Assembly (NCBI GenBank): GCA_965235115.1 | Contig: OZ249436.1 | Span: 12,526,001 to 12,590,000, forward strand | Source: Laetmonice hystrix | Lineage: Eukaryota | DNA length: 64,000 bases | Direction: 5' to 3' | In this document: one piece after another, positions 36,701 to 52,111 of the stretch | How positions within the stretch are numbered: the stretch's first letter is position 1 | How the letters are laid out: each line of letters opens with the position of its first letter | Made by a program: the position numbers and the translations under genes | Notes under the pieces: model-generated | Told to the model about the DNA's origin: nothing | What the model saw: the letters and a program-made list of their open reading frames with translations, nothing else | The model's database searches: none

Positions 36701-39700
36701 CATCTTTCTTTGTTTGTTTGTTACTTGGGGATGGGATATCTAATATAGAAAAGGCGTACAACGTCATTTGCCATTGTTAACTAAACCTTGACGGCAAACA
36801 GTCATTGGGACGACCTGACAACGTTGTTGGACGCTTACAGATGGTCTGTAGGGGACACAGATTAGATGGGAGTAGATGATAGACGAGACGTATGGCCTGC
36901 CTCCTGGACAATAAAGGCATGGAAACATGAAACATGAGGCGTCCCTATACTACTGGCTACTCTTGTATACAAGCAAACGGTACAGGGAGGCCAAACAGTA
37001 CAGGGAGGAATCGCTACAAGGTATACTGGCTGACCTAGCACCTAAGCGAACACTACAGTGAGGCCCAAGAGTACAGTGAGGCCAAATAGTACACTGTGGG
37101 GCCAAGCAGTGTGGGAGGCCAACCAGTAGGGTGAGAAGTCCCTACATCTTACCGGCTGGCCTATAGTAGACATGCAAACACTACAGTGAGGTTGTGGAAA
37201 TGAAAGGTACAAGCCAGTAGCATCTAATGTGAAAATCTGGAGAAGATACTGAAATGGGAAGTGTACACATCACAAGCATATATCTGTAGCGAACGTACGA
37301 GACCTATACGTTTGACAGTTATACATCTGGCCTAAGAATAATAATTTTGGACGGGCGTAGTTTAAGTTGACGTATCAAAAATGTAGCCATTTTTCGCTTA
37401 TCATTGCTTTAATCTGTCTCTCGCCACAGGTGCCTGCCAGCCCGGCCAGGTGTACGTGGTGATTCCACCGCTGGCCGGAAGGCGGCAGTGCAGTCAGCGC
37501 CGCCGCCGCCGCTTCAGTGGAGCTGCGCTGCACCCTAGTGTTTTCTGCCTGCAACATCTGTGTGTCATCTTTCTTTGTTTGTTTGTTACTTGGGGATGGG
37601 ATATCTAATATAGAAAAGGCGTACAACGTCATTTGCCATTGTTAACTAAACCTTGACGGCAAACAGTCATTGGGACGACCTGACAACGTTGTCGGACGCG
37701 TACAAATGGTCTGTAGGGGACACAGATTATATGAGAGTAGATGATATATAGACGAGACGTAGGGCCTGCCTCCTGGACAATAAAGGCATGGAAACATGAA
37801 ACATGAGGCGTCCCTATACTACTGGCTACTCTTGTATACAAGCAAACGGTACAGGGAGGCCAAACAGTACAGGGAGGAATCGCTACAAGGTATACTGGCT
37901 GACCTAGCACCTAAGCGAACACTACAGTGAGGCCCAAGAGTACAGTGAGGCCAAATAGTACACTGTGGGGCCAAGCAGTGTGGGAGGCCAACCAGTAGGG
38001 TGAGAAGTCCCTACATCTTACCGGCTGGCCTATAGTAGACATGCAAACACTACAGTGAGGTTGTGGAAATGAAAGGTACAAGCCAGGAGCATCTAATGTG
38101 AAAATCTGGAGAAGATACTGAAATGGGAAGTGTACACATCACAAGCATATATCTGTAGCGAACGTACGAGACCTATACGTTTGACAGTTATACATCTGGC
38201 CTAAGAATAATAATTTTGGACGGGCGTAGTTTAAGTTGACGTATCAAAAATGTAGCCATTTTTCGCTTATCATTGCTTTAATCTGTCTCTCGCCACAGGT
38301 GCCTGCCAGCCCGGCCAGGTGTACGTGGTGATTCCACCGCTGGCCGGAAGGCGGCAGTGCAGTCAGCGCCGCCGCCGCCGCTTCAGTGGAGCTGCGCTGC
38401 ACCCTAGTGTTTTCTGCCTGCAACATCTGTGTGTCATCTTTCTTTGTTTGTTTGTTACTTGGGGATGGGATATCTAATATAGAAAAGGCGTACAACGTCA
38501 TTTGCCATTGTTAACTAAACCTTGACGGCAAACAGTCATTGGGACGACCTGACAACGTTGTTGGACGCTTACAGATGGTCTGTAGGGGACACAGATTAGA
38601 TGGGAGTAGATGATAGACGAGACGTATGGCCTGCCTCCTGGACAATAAAGGCATGGAAACATGAAACATGAGGCGTCCCTATACTACTGGCTACTCTTGT
38701 ATACAAGCAAACGGTACAGGGAGGCCAAACAGTACAGGGAGGAATCGCTACAAGGTATACTGGCTGACCTACCACCCAAGCGAACACTACAGTGAGGCCA
38801 AAGAGTACAGTGAGGCCAAATAGTACACTGTGGGGCCAAGCAGTGTGGGAGGCCAACCAGTAGAGTGAGAAGTCCCTACATCTTACCGGCTGGCCTATAG
38901 TAGCCATGCAAACACTACAGTGAGGTAGTGGAAATGAAAGGTACAGGCGAGGAGCATCTAATGTAAAAGTCTGGAGAAGATACTGAAATGGGAAGTGTAC
39001 ACATCACAAGCATATATCTGTAGCGAACGTACGAGACCTATACGTTTGACAGTTATACATCTGGCCTAAGAATAATAATTTTGGGCGGGCGTAGTTTAAG
39101 TTGACGTATCAAAAATGTAGCCATTTTTCGCTTATCATTGCTTTAACCTGTCTCTCGCCACAGGTGCCTGCCAGCCCGGCCAGGTGTACGTGGTGATTCC
39201 ACCGCTGGCCGGAAGGCGGCAGTGCAGTCAGCGCCGCCGCCGCCGCTTCAGTGGAGCTGCGCTGCACCCTGGTGTTTTCTGCCTGCAACATCTGTGTGTC
39301 ATCTTTCTTTGTTTGTTTGTTACTTGGGGATGGGATATCTGATATAGAAAAGGCGTACAACGTCATTTGCCATTGTTAACTAAACCTTGACGGCAAACAG
39401 TCATTGGGACGACCTGACAACGTTGTCGGACGCGTACAAATGGTCTGTAGGGGACACAGATTATATGAGAGTAGATGATATATAGACGAGACGTAGGGCC
39501 TGCCTCCTGGACAATAAAGGCATGGAAACATGAAACATGAGGCGTCCCTATACTACTGGCTACTCTTGTATACAAGCAAACGGTACAGGGAGGCCAAACA
39601 GTACAGGGAGGAATCGCTACAAGGTATACTGGCTGACCTAGCACCTAAGCGAACACTACAGTGAGGCCCAAGAGTACAGTGAGGCCAAATAGTACACTGT

Positions 39701-42700
39701 GGGGCCAAGCAGTGTGGGAGGCCAACCAGTAGGGTGAGAAGTCCCTACATCTTACCGGCTGGCCTATAGTAGACATGCAAACACTACAGTGAGGTTGTGG
39801 AAATGAAAGGTACAAGCCAGGAGCATCTAATGTGAAAATCTGGAGAAGATACTGAAATGGGAAGTGTACACATCACAAGCATATATCTGTAGCGAACGTA
39901 CGAGACCTATACGTTTGACAGTTATACATCTGGCCTAAGAATAATAATTTTGGACGGGCGTAGTTTAAGTTGACGTATCAAAAATGTAGCCATTTTTCGC
40001 TTATCATTGCTTTAATCTGTCTCTCGCCACAGGTGCCTGCCAGCCCGGCCAGGTGTACGTGGTGATTCCACCGCTGGCCGGAAGGCGGCAGTGCAGTCAG
40101 CGTCGCCGCCGCTTCAGTGGAGCTGCGCTGCACCCTGGTGTTTTCTGCCTGCAACATCTGTGTGTCATCTTTCTTTGTTTGTTTGTTACTTGGGGATGGG
40201 ATATCTGATATAGAAAAGGCGTACAACGTCATTTGCCATTGTTAACTAAACCATGACGGCAAACAGTCATTGGGACGACCTGACAACGTTGTTGGACGCT
40301 TACAGATGGTCTGTAGGGGACACAGATTATATGAGAGTAGATGATATATAGACGAGACGTAGGGCCTGCCTCCTGGACAATAAAGGCATGGAAACATGAA
40401 ACATGAGGCGTCCCTATACTACTGGCTACTCTTGTATACAAGCAAACGGTACAGGGAGGCCAAACAGTACAGGGAGGAATCGCTACAAGGTATACTGGCT
40501 GACCTAGCACCTAAGCGAACACTACAGTGAGGCCCAAGAGTACAGTGAGGCCAAATAGTACACTGTGGGGCCAAGCAGTGTGGGAGGCCAACCAGTAGGG
40601 TGAGAAGTCCCTACATCTTACCGGCTGGCCTATAGTAGACATGCAAACACTACAGTGAGGTTGTGGAAATGAAAGGTACAAGCCAGGAGCATCTAATGTG
40701 AAAATCTGGAGAAGATACTGAAATGGGAAGTGTACACATCACAAGCATATATCTGTAGCGAACGTACGAGACCTATACGTTTGACAGTTATACATCTGGC
40801 CTAAGAATAATAATTTTGGACGGGCGTAGTTTAAGTTGACGTATCAAAAATGTAGCCATTTTTCGCTTATCATTGCTTTAATCTGTCTCTCGCCACAGGT
40901 GCCTGCCAGCCCGGCCAGGTGTACGTGGTGATTCCACCGCTGGCCGGAAGGCGGCAGTGCAGTCAGCGCCGCCGCCGCCGCTTCAGTGGAGCTGCGCTGC
41001 ACCCTAGTGTTTTCTGCCTGCAACATCTGTGTGTCATCTTTCTTTGTTTGTTTGTTACTTGGGGATGGGATATCTAATATAGAAAAGGCGTACAACGTCA
41101 TTTGCCATTGTTAACTAAACCTTGACGGCAAACAGTCATTGGGACGACCTGACAACGTTGTTGGACGCTTACAGATGGTCTGTAGGGGACACAGATTAGA
41201 TGGGAGTACATGATAGACGAGACGTATGGCCTGCCTCCTGGACAATAAAGGCATGGAAACATGAAACATGAGGCGTCCCTATACTACTGGCTACTCTTGT
41301 ATACAAGCAAACGGTACAGGGAGGCCAAACAGTACAGGGAGGAATCGCTACAAGGTATACTGGCTGACCTACCACCCAAGCGAACACTACAGTGAGGCCA
41401 AAGAGTACAGTGAGGCCAAATAGTACACTGTGGGGCCAAGCAGTGTGGGAGGCCAACCAGTAGAGTGAGAAGTCCCTACATCTTACCGGCTGGCCTATAG
41501 TAGCCATGCAAACACTACAGTGAGGTAGTGGAAATGAAAGGTACAGGCGAGGAGCATCTAATGTAAAAGTCTGGAGAAGATACTGAAATGGGAAGTGTAC
41601 ACATCACAAGCATATATCTGTAGCGAACGTACGAGACCTATACGTTTGACAGTTATACATCTGGCCTAAGAATAATAATTTTGGGCGGGCGTAGTTTAAG
41701 TTGACGTATCAAAAATGTAGCCATTTTTCGCTTATCATTGCTTTAACCTGTCTCTCGCCACAGGTGCCTGCCAGCCCGGCCAGGTGTACGTGGTGATTCC
41801 ACCGCTGGCCGGAAGGCGGCAGTGCAGTCAGCGCCGCCGCCGCCGCTTCAGTGGAGCTGCGCTGCACCCTGGTGTTTTCTGCCTGCAACATCTGTGTGTC
41901 ATCTTTCTTTGTTTGTTTGTTACTTGGGGATGGGATATCTGATATAGAAAAGGCGTACAACGTCATTTGCCATTGTTAACTAAACCTTGACGGCAAACAG
42001 TCATTGGGACGACCTGACAACGTTGTCGGACGCGTACAAATGGTCTGTAGGGGACACAGATTATATGAGAGTAGATGATATATAGACGAGACGTAGGGCC
42101 TGCCTCCTGGACAATAAAGGCATGGAAACATGAAACATGAGGCGTCCCTATACTACTGGCTACTCTTGTATACAAGCAAACGGTACAGGGAGGCCAAACA
42201 GTACAGGGAGGAATCGCTACAAGGTATACTGGCTGACCTAGCACCTAAGCGAACACTACAGTGAGGCCCAAGAGTACAGTGAGGCCAAATAGTACACTGT
42301 GGGGCCAAGCAGTGTGGGAGGCCAACCAGTAGGGTGAGAAGTCCCTACATCTTACCGGCTGGCCTATAGTAGACATGCAAACACTACAGTGAGGTTGTGG
42401 AAATGAAAGGTACAAGCCAGGAGCATCTAATGTGAAAATCTGGAGAAGATACTGAAATGGGAAGTGTACACATCACAAGCATATATCTGTAGCGAACGTA
42501 CGAGACCTATACGTTTGACAGTTATACATCTGGCCTAAGAATAATAATTTTGGGTGGGCGTAGTTTAAGTTGACGTATCAAAAATGTAGCCATTTTTCGC
42601 TTATCATTGCTTTAACCTGTCTCTCGCCACAGGTGCCTGCCAGCCCGGCCAGGTGTACGTGGTGATTCCACCGCTGGCCGGAAGGCGGCAGTGCAGTCAG

Positions 42701-45700
42701 CGTCGCCGCCGCTTCAGTGGAGCTGCGCTGCACCCTGGTGTTTTCTGCCTGCAACATCTGTGTGTCATCTTTCTTTGTTTGTTTGTTACTTGGGGATGGG
42801 ATATCTGATATAGAAAAGGCGTACAACGTCATTTGCCATTGTTAACTAAACCTTGACGGCAAACAGTCATTGGGACGACCTGACAACGTTGTTGGACGCT
42901 TACAGATGGTCTGTAGGGGACACAGATTATATGAGAGTAGATGATATATAGACGAGACGTAGGGCCTGCCTCCTGGACAATAAAGGCATGGAAACATGAA
43001 ACATGAGGCGTCCCTATACTACTGGCTACTCTTGTATACAAGCAAACGGTACAGGGAGGCCAAACAGTACAGGGAGGAATCGCTACAAGGTATACTGGCT
43101 GACCTAGCACCTAAGCGAACACTACAGTGAGGCCCAAGAGTACAGTGAGGCCAAATAGTACACTGTGGGGCCAAGCAGTGTGGGAGGCCAACCAGTAGGG
43201 TGAGAAGTCCCTACATCTTACCGGCTGGCCTATAGTAGACATGCAAACACTACAGTGAGGTTGTGGAAATGAAAGGTACAAGCCAGGAGCATCTAATGTG
43301 AAAATCTGGAGAAGATACTGAAATGGGAAGTGTACACATCACAAGCATATATCTGTAGCGAACGTACGAGACCTATACGTTTGACAGTTATACATCTGGC
43401 CTAAGAATAATAATTTTGGACGGGCGTAGTTTAAGTTGACGTATCAAAAATGTAGCCATTTTTCGCTTATCATTGCTTTAATCTGTCTCTCGCCACAGGT
43501 GCCTGCCAGCCCGGCCAGGTGTACGTGGTGATTCCACCGCTGGCCGGAAGGCGGCAGTGCAGTCAGCGTCGCCGCCGCTTCAGTGGAGCTGCGCTGCACC
43601 CTGGTGTTTTCTGCCTGCAACATCTGTGTGTCATCTTTCTTTGTTTGTTTGTTACTTGGGGATGGGATATCTGATATAGAAAAGGCGTACAACGTCATTT
43701 GCCATTGTTAACTAAACCATGACGGCAAACAGTCATTGGGACGACCTGACAACGTTGTTGGACGCTTACAGATGGTCTGTAGGGGACACAGATTATATGA
43801 GAGTAGATGATATATAGACGAGACGTAGGGCCTGCCTCCTGGACAATAAAGGCATGGAAACATGAAACATGAGGCGTCCCTATACTACTGGCTACTCTTG
43901 TATACAAGCAAACGGTACAGGGAGGCCAAACAGTACAGGGAGGAATCGCTACAAGGTATACTGGCTGACCTAGCACCTAAGCGAACACTACAGTGAGGCC
44001 CAAGAGTACAGTGAGGCCAAATAGTACACTGTGGGGCCAAGCAGTGTGGGAGGCCAACCAGTAGGGTGAGAAGTCCCTACATCTTACCGGCTGGCCTATA
44101 GTAGACATGCAAACACTACAGTGAGGTTGTGGAAATGAAAGGTACAAGCCAGGAGCATCTAATGTGAAAATCTGGAGAAGATACTGAAATGGGAAGTGTA
44201 CACATCACAAGCATATATCTGTAGCGAACGTACGAGACCTATACGTTTGACAGTTATACATCTGGCCTAAGAATAATAATTTTGGACGGGCGTAGTTTAA
44301 GTTGACGTATCAAAAATGTAGCCATTTTTCGCTTATCATTGCTTTAATCTGTCTCTCGCCACAGGTGCCTGCCAGCCCGGCCAGGTGTACGTGGTGATTC
44401 CACCGCTGGCCGGAAGGCGGCAGTGCAGTCAGCGCCGCCGCCGCCGCTTCAGTGGAGCTGCGCTGCACCCTAGTGTTTTCTGCCTGCAACATCTGTGTGT
44501 CATCTTTCTTTGTTTGTTTGTTACTTGGGGATGGGATATCTAATATAGAAAAGGCGTACAACGTCATTTGCCATTGTTAACTAAACCTTGACGGCAAACA
44601 GTCATTGGGACGACCTGACAACGTTGTTGGACGCTTACAGATGGTCTGTAGGGGACACAGATTAGATGGGAGTACATGATAGACGAGACGTATGGCCTGC
44701 CTCCTGGACAATAAAGGCATGGAAACATGAAACATGAGGCGTCCCTATACTACTGGCTACTCTTGTATACAAGCAAACGGTACAGGGAGGCCAAACAGTA
44801 CAGGGAGGAATCGCTACAAGGTATACTGGCTGACCTACCACCCAAGCGAACACTACAGTGAGGCCAAAGAGTACAGTGAGGCCAAATAGTACACTGTGGG
44901 GCCAAGCAGTGTGGGAGGCCAACCAGTAGAGTGAGAAGTCCCTACATCTTACCGGCTGGCCTATAGTAGCCATGCAAACACTACAGTGAGGTAGTGGAAA
45001 TGAAAGGTACAGGCGAGGAGCATCTAATGTAAAAGTCTGGAGAAGATACTGAAATGGGAAGTGTACACATCACAAGCATATATCTGTAGCGAACGTACGA
45101 GACCTATACGTTTGACAGTTATACATCTGGCCTAAGAATAATAATTTTGGGCGGGCGTAGTTTAAGTTGACGTATCAAAAATGTAGCCATTTTTCGCTTA
45201 TCATTGCTTTAACCTGTCTCTCGCCACAGGTGCCTGCCAGCCCGGCCAGGTGTACGTGGTGATTCCACCGCTGGCCGGAAGGCGGCAGTGCAGTCAGCGC
45301 CGCCGCCGCCGCTTCAGTGGAGCTGCGCTGCACCCTGGTGTTTTCTGCCTGCAACATCTGTGTGTCATCTTTCTTTGTTTGTTTGTTACTTGGGGATGGG
45401 ATATCTGATATAGAAAAGGCGTACAACGTCATTTGCCATTGTTAACTAAACCTTGACGGCAAACAGTCATTGGGACGACCTGACAACGTTGTCGGACGCG
45501 TACAAATGGTCTGTAGGGGACACAGATTATATGAGAGTAGATGATATATAGACGAGACGTAGGGCCTGCCTCCTGGACAATAAAGGCATGGAAACATGAA
45601 ACATGAGGCGTCCCTATACTACTGGCTACTCTTGTATACAAGCAAACGGTACAGGGAGGCCAAACAGTACAGGGAGGAATCGCTACAAGGTATACTGGCT

Positions 45701-46043
45701 GACCTAGCACCTAAGCGAACACTACAGTGAGGCCCAAGAGTACAGTGAGGCCAAATAGTACACTGTGGGGCCAAGCAGTGTGGGAGGCCAACCAGTAGGG
45801 TGAGAAGTCCCTACATCTTACCGGCTGGCCTATAGTAGACATGCAAACACTACAGTGAGGTTGTGGAAATGAAAGGTACAAGCCAGGAGCATCTAATGTG
45901 AAAATCTGGAGAAGATACTGAAATGGGAAGTGTACACATCACAAGCATATATCTGTAGCGAACGTACGAGACCTATACGTTTGACAGTTATACATCTGGC
46001 CTAAGAATAATAATTTTGGACGGGCGTAGTTTAAGTTGACGTA

Positions 46044-49000
46044 TCAAAAATGTAGCCATTTTTCGCTTATCATTGCTTTAATCTGTCTCTCGCCACAGGT
46101 GCCTGCCAGCCCGGCCAGGTGTACGTGGTGATTCCACCGCTGGCCGGAAGGCGGCAGTGCAGTCAGCGCCGCCGCCGCCGCTTCAGTGGAGCTGCGCTGC
46201 ACCCTAGTGTTTTCTGCCTGCAACATCTGTGTGTCATCTTTCTTTGTTTGTTTGTTACTTGGGGATGGGATATCTAATATAGAAAAGGCGTACAACGTCA
46301 TTTGCCATTGTTAACTAAACCTTGACGGCAAACAGTCATTGGGACGACCTGACAACGTTGTTGGACGCTTACAGATGGTCTGTAGGGGACACAGATTAGA
46401 TGGGAGTACATGATAGACGAGACGTATGGCCTGCCTCCTGGACAATAAAGGCATGGAAACATGAAACATGAGGCGTCCCTATACTACTGGCTACTCTTGT
46501 ATACAAGCAAACGGTACAGGGAGGCCAAACAGTACAGGGAGGAATCGCTACAAGGTATACTGGCTGACCTACCACCCAAGCGAACACTACAGTGAGGCCA
46601 AAGAGTACAGTGAGGCCAAATAGTACACTGTGGGGCCAAGCAGTGTGGGAGGCCAACCAGTAGAGTGAGAAGTCCCTACATCTTACCGGCTGGCCTATAG
46701 TAGCCATGCAAACACTACAGTGAGGTAGTGGAAATGAAAGGTACAGGCGAGGAGCATCTAATGTAAAAGTCTGGAGAAGATACTGAAATGGGAAGTGTAC
46801 ACATCACAAGCATATATCTGTAGCGAACGTACGAGACCTATACGTTTGACAGTTATACATCTGGCCTAAGAATAATAATTTTGGGCGGGCGTAGTTTAAG
46901 TTGACGTATCAAAAATGTAGCCATTTTTCGCTTATCATTGCTTTAACCTGTCTCTCGCCACAGGTGCCTGCCAGCCCGGCCAGGTGTACGTGGTGATTCC
47001 ACCGCTGGCCGGAAGGCGGCAGTGCAGTCAGCGCCGCCGCCGCCGCTTCAGTGGAGCTGCGCTGCACCCTGGTGTTTTCTGCCTGCAACATCTGTGTGTC
47101 ATCTTTCTTTGTTTGTTTGTTACTTGGGGATGGGATATCTGATATAGAAAAGGCGTACAACGTCATTTGCCATTGTTAACTAAACCTTGACGGCAAACAG
47201 TCATTGGGACGACCTGACAACGTTGTCGGACGCGTACAAATGGTCTGTAGGGGACACAGATTATATGAGAGTAGATGATATATAGACGAGACGTAGGGCC
47301 TGCCTCCTGGACAATAAAGGCATGGAAACATGAAACATGAGGCGTCCCTATACTACTGGCTACTCTTGTATACAAGCAAACGGTACAGGGAGGCCAAACA
47401 GTACAGGGAGGAATCGCTACAAGGTATACTGGCTGACCTAGCACCTAAGCGAACACTACAGTGAGGCCCAAGAGTACAGTGAGGCCAAATAGTACACTGT
47501 GGGGCCAAGCAGTGTGGGAGGCCAACCAGTAGGGTGAGAAGTCCCTACATCTTACCGGCTGGCCTATAGTAGACATGCAAACACTACAGTGAGGTTGTGG
47601 AAATGAAAGGTACAAGCCAGGAGCATCTAATGTGAAAATCTGGAGAAGATACTGAAATGGGAAGTGTACACATCACAAGCATATATCTGTAGCGAACGTA
47701 CGAGACCTATACGTTTGACAGTTATACATCTGGCCTAAGAATAATAATTTTGGACGGGCGTAGTTTAAGTTGACGTATCAAAAATGTAGCCATTTTTCGC
47801 TTATCATTGCTTTAATCTGTCTCTCGCCACAGGTGCCTGCCAGCCCGGCCAGGTGTACGTGGTGATTCCACCGCTGGCCGGAAGGCGGCAGTGCAGTCAG
47901 CGCCGCCGCCGCCGCTTCAGTGGAGCTGCGCTGCACCCTAGTGTTTTCTGCCTGCAACATCTGTGTGTCATCTTTCTTTGTTTGTTTGTTACTTGGGGAT
48001 GGGATATCTAATATAGAAAAGGCGTACAACGTCATTTGCCATTGTTAACTAAACCTTGACGGCAAACAGTCATTGGGACGACCTGACAACGTTGTTGGAC
48101 GCTTACAGATGGTCTGTAGGGGACACAGATTAGATGGGAGTAGATGATAGACGAGACGTATGGCCTGCCTCCTGGACAATAAAGGCATGGAAACATGAAA
48201 CATGAGGCGTCCCTATACTACTGGCTACTCTTGTATACAAGCAAACGGTACAGGGAGGCCAAACAGTACAGGGAGGAATCGCTACAAGGTATACTGGCTG
48301 ACCTACCACCCAAGCGAACACTACAGTGAGGCCAAAGAGTACAGTGAGGCCAAATAGTACACTGTGGGGCCAAGCAGTGTGGGAGGCCAACCAGTAGAGT
48401 GAGAAGTCCCTACATCTTACCGGCTGGCCTATAGTAGCCATGCAAACACTACAGTGAGGTAGTGGAAATGAAAGGTACAGGCGAGGAGCATCTAATGTAA
48501 AAGTCTGGAGAAGATACTGAAATGGGAAGTGTACACATCACAAGCATATATCTTTAGCGAACGTACGAGACCTATACGTTTGACAGTTATACATCTGGCC
48601 TAAGAATAATAATTTTGGGCGGGCGTAGTTTAAGTTGACGTATCAAAAATGTAGCCATTTTTCGCTTATCATTGCTTTAACCTGTCTCTCGCCACAGGTG
48701 CCTGCCAGCCCGGCCAGGTGTACGTGGTGATTCCACCGCTGGCCGGAAGGCGGCAGTGCAGTCAGCGCCGCCGCCGCCGCTTCAGTGGAGCTGCGCTGCA
48801 CCCTGGTGTTTTCTGCCTGCAACATCTGTGTGTCATCTTTCTTTGTTTGTTTGTTACTTGGGGATGGGATATCTGATATAGAAAAGGCGTACAACGTCAT
48901 TTGCCATTGTTAACTAAACCTTGACGGCAAACAGTCATTGGGACGACCTGACAACGTTGTCGGACGCGTACAAATGGTCTGTAGGGGACACAGATTATAT

Positions 49001-52000
49001 GAGAGTAGATGATATATAGACGAGACGTAGGGCCTGCCTCCTGGACAATAAAGGCATGGAAACATGAAACATGAGGCGTCCCTATACTACTGGCTACTCT
49101 TGTATACAAGCAAACGGTACAGGGAGGCCAAACAGTACAGGGAGGAATCGCTACAAGGTATACTGGCTGACCTAGCACCTAAGCGAACACTACAGTGAGG
49201 CCCAAGAGTACAGTGAGGCCAAATAGTACACTGTGGGGCCAAGCAGTGTGGGAGGCCAACCAGTAGGGTGAGAAGTCCCTACATCTTACCGGCTGGCCTA
49301 TAGTAGACATGCAAACACTACAGTGAGGTTGTGGAAATGAAAGGTACAAGCCAGGAGCATCTAATGTGAAAATCTGGAGAAGATACTGAAATGGGAAGTG
49401 TACACATCACAAGCATATATCTGTAGCGAACGTACGAGACCTATACGTTTGACAGTTATACATCTGGCCTAAGAATAATAATTTTGGACGGGCGTAGTTT
49501 AAGTTGACGTATCAAAAATGTAGCCATTTTTCGCTTATCATTGCTTTAATCTGTCTCTCGCCACAGGTGCCAGCCAGCCCGGCCAGGTGTACGTGGTGAT
49601 TCCACCGCTGGCCGGAAGGCGGCAGTGCAGTCAGCGCCGCCGCCGCCGCTTCAGTGGAGCTGCGCTGCACCCTAGTGTTTTCTGCCTGCAACATCTGTGT
49701 GTCATCTTTCTTTGTTTGTTTGTTACTTGGGGATGGGATATCTAATATAGAAAAGGCGTACAACGTCATTTGCCATTGTTAACTAAACCTTGACGGCAAA
49801 CAGTCATTGGGACGACCTGACAACGTTGTCGGACGCGTACAAATGGTCTGTAGGGGACACAGATTATATGAGAGTAGATGATATATAGACGAGACGTAGG
49901 GCCTGCCTCCTGGACAATAAAGGCATGGAAACATGAAACATGAGGCGTCCCTATACTACTGGCTACTCTTGTATACAAGCAAACGGTACAGGGAGGCCAA
50001 ACAGTACAGGGAGGAATCGCTACAAGGTATACTGGCTGACCTAGCACCTAAGCGAACACTACAGTGAGGCCCAAGAGTACAGTGAGGCCAAATAGTACAC
50101 TGTGGGGCCAAGCAGTGTGGGAGGCCAACCAGTAGGGTGAGAAGTCCCTACATCTTACCGGCTGGCCTATAGTAGACATGCAAACACTACAGTGAGGTTG
50201 TGGAAATGAAAGGTACAAGCCAGGAGCATCTAATGTGAAAATCTGGAGAAGATACTGAAATGGGAAGTGTACACATCACAAGCATATATCTGTAGCGAAC
50301 GTACGAGACCTATACGTTTGACAGTTATACATCTGGCCTAAGAATAATAATTTTGGGCGGGCGTAGTTTAAGTTGACGTATCAAAAATGTAGCCATTTTT
50401 CGCTTATCATTGCTTTAACCTGTCTCTCGCCACAGGTGCCTGCCAGCCCGGCCAGGTGTACGTGGTGATTCCACCGCTGGCCGGAAGGCGGCAGTGCAGT
50501 CAGCGCCGCCGCCGCCGCTTCAGTGGAGCTGCGCTGCACCCTGGTGTTTTCTGCCTGCAACATCTGTGTGTCATCTTTCTTTGTTTGTTTGTTACTTGGG
50601 GATGGGATATCTGATATAGAAAAGGCGTACAACGTCATTTGCCATTGTTAACTAAACCTTGACGGCAAACAGTCATTGGGACGACCTGACAACGTTGTTG
50701 GACGCTTACAGATGGTCTGTAGGGGACACAGATTAGATGGGAGTAGATGATAGACGAGACGTATGGCCTGCCTCCTGGAGAATGAAGGCACGGAAACATG
50801 AAACATAAGGCGTCCCTATACTACTGGCTACTCTTGTATACAAGCAAACGGTACAGGGAGGCCAAACAGTACAGGGAGGACTCGCTACAAGGTATACTGG
50901 CTGACCTAGCTCCCAAGCGAACACTACAGTGAGGCCAAAGAGTACATTGAGGCCAAATAGTACACTGTGGGGCCAAGCAGTGTGGGAGGCCAACCAGTAG
51001 AGTGAGAAGTCCCTACATCTTACCGGCTGGCCTATAGTAGCCATGCAAACACTACAGTGAGGTAGTGGAAATGAAAGGTACAGGCGAGGAGCATCTAATG
51101 TAAAAGTCTGGAGAACATACTGAAATGGGAAGTGTACACATCACAAGCATATATCTGTAGCGAACGTACGAGACCTATACGTTTGACAGTTATACATCTG
51201 GCCTAAGAATAATAATTTTGGGTGGGCGTAGTTTAAGTTGACGTATCAAAAATGTAGCCATTTTTCGCTTATCATTGCTTTAACCTGTCTCTCGCCACAG
51301 GTGCCTGCCAGCCCGGCCAGGTGTACGTGGTGATTCCACCGCTGGCCGGAAGGCGGCAGTGCAGTCAGCGTCGCCGCCGCTTCAGTGGAGCTGCGCTGCA
51401 CCCTGGTGTTTTCTGCCTGCAACATCTGTGTGTCATCTTTCTTTGTTTGTTTGTTACTTGGGGATGGGATATCTGATATAGAAAAGGCGTACAACGTCAT
51501 TTGCCATTGTTAACTAAACCATGACGGCAAACAGTCATTGGGACGACCTGACAACGTTGTTGGACGCTTACAGATGGTCTGTAGGGGACACAGATTATAT
51601 GAGAGTAGATGATATATAGACGAGACGTAGGGCCTGCCTCCTGGACAATAAAGGCATGGAAACATGAAACATGAGGCGTCCCTATACTACTGGCTACTCT
51701 TGTATACAAGCAAACGGTACAGGGAGGCCAAACAGTACAGGGAGGAATCGCTACAAGGTATACTGGCTGACCTAGCACCTAAGCGAACACTACAGTGAGG
51801 CCCAAGAGTACAGTGAGGCCAAATAGTACACTGTGGGGCCAAGCAGTGTGGGAGGCCAACCAGTAGGGTGAGAAGTCCCTACATCTTACCGGCTGGCCTA
51901 TAGTAGACATGCAAACACTACAGTGAGGTTGTGGAAATGAAAGGTACAAGCCAGGAGCATCTAATGTGAAAATCTGGAGAAGATACTGAAATGGGAAGTG

Positions 52001-52111
52001 TACACATCACAAGCATATATCTGTAGCGAACGTACGAGACCTATACGTTTGACAGTTATACATCTGGCCTAAGAATAATAATTTTGGACGGGCGTAGTTT
52101 AAGTTGACGTA
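46044..52111. repeat. Insertion-free copy of the same 7-monomer higher-order unit (6068 bp)
   Basis: Same variant order as 16323-23814. 7492-1424=6068=52112-46044. The empty site GGCAT^GGAAAC is at 51657/51658. Confidence 0.88.
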
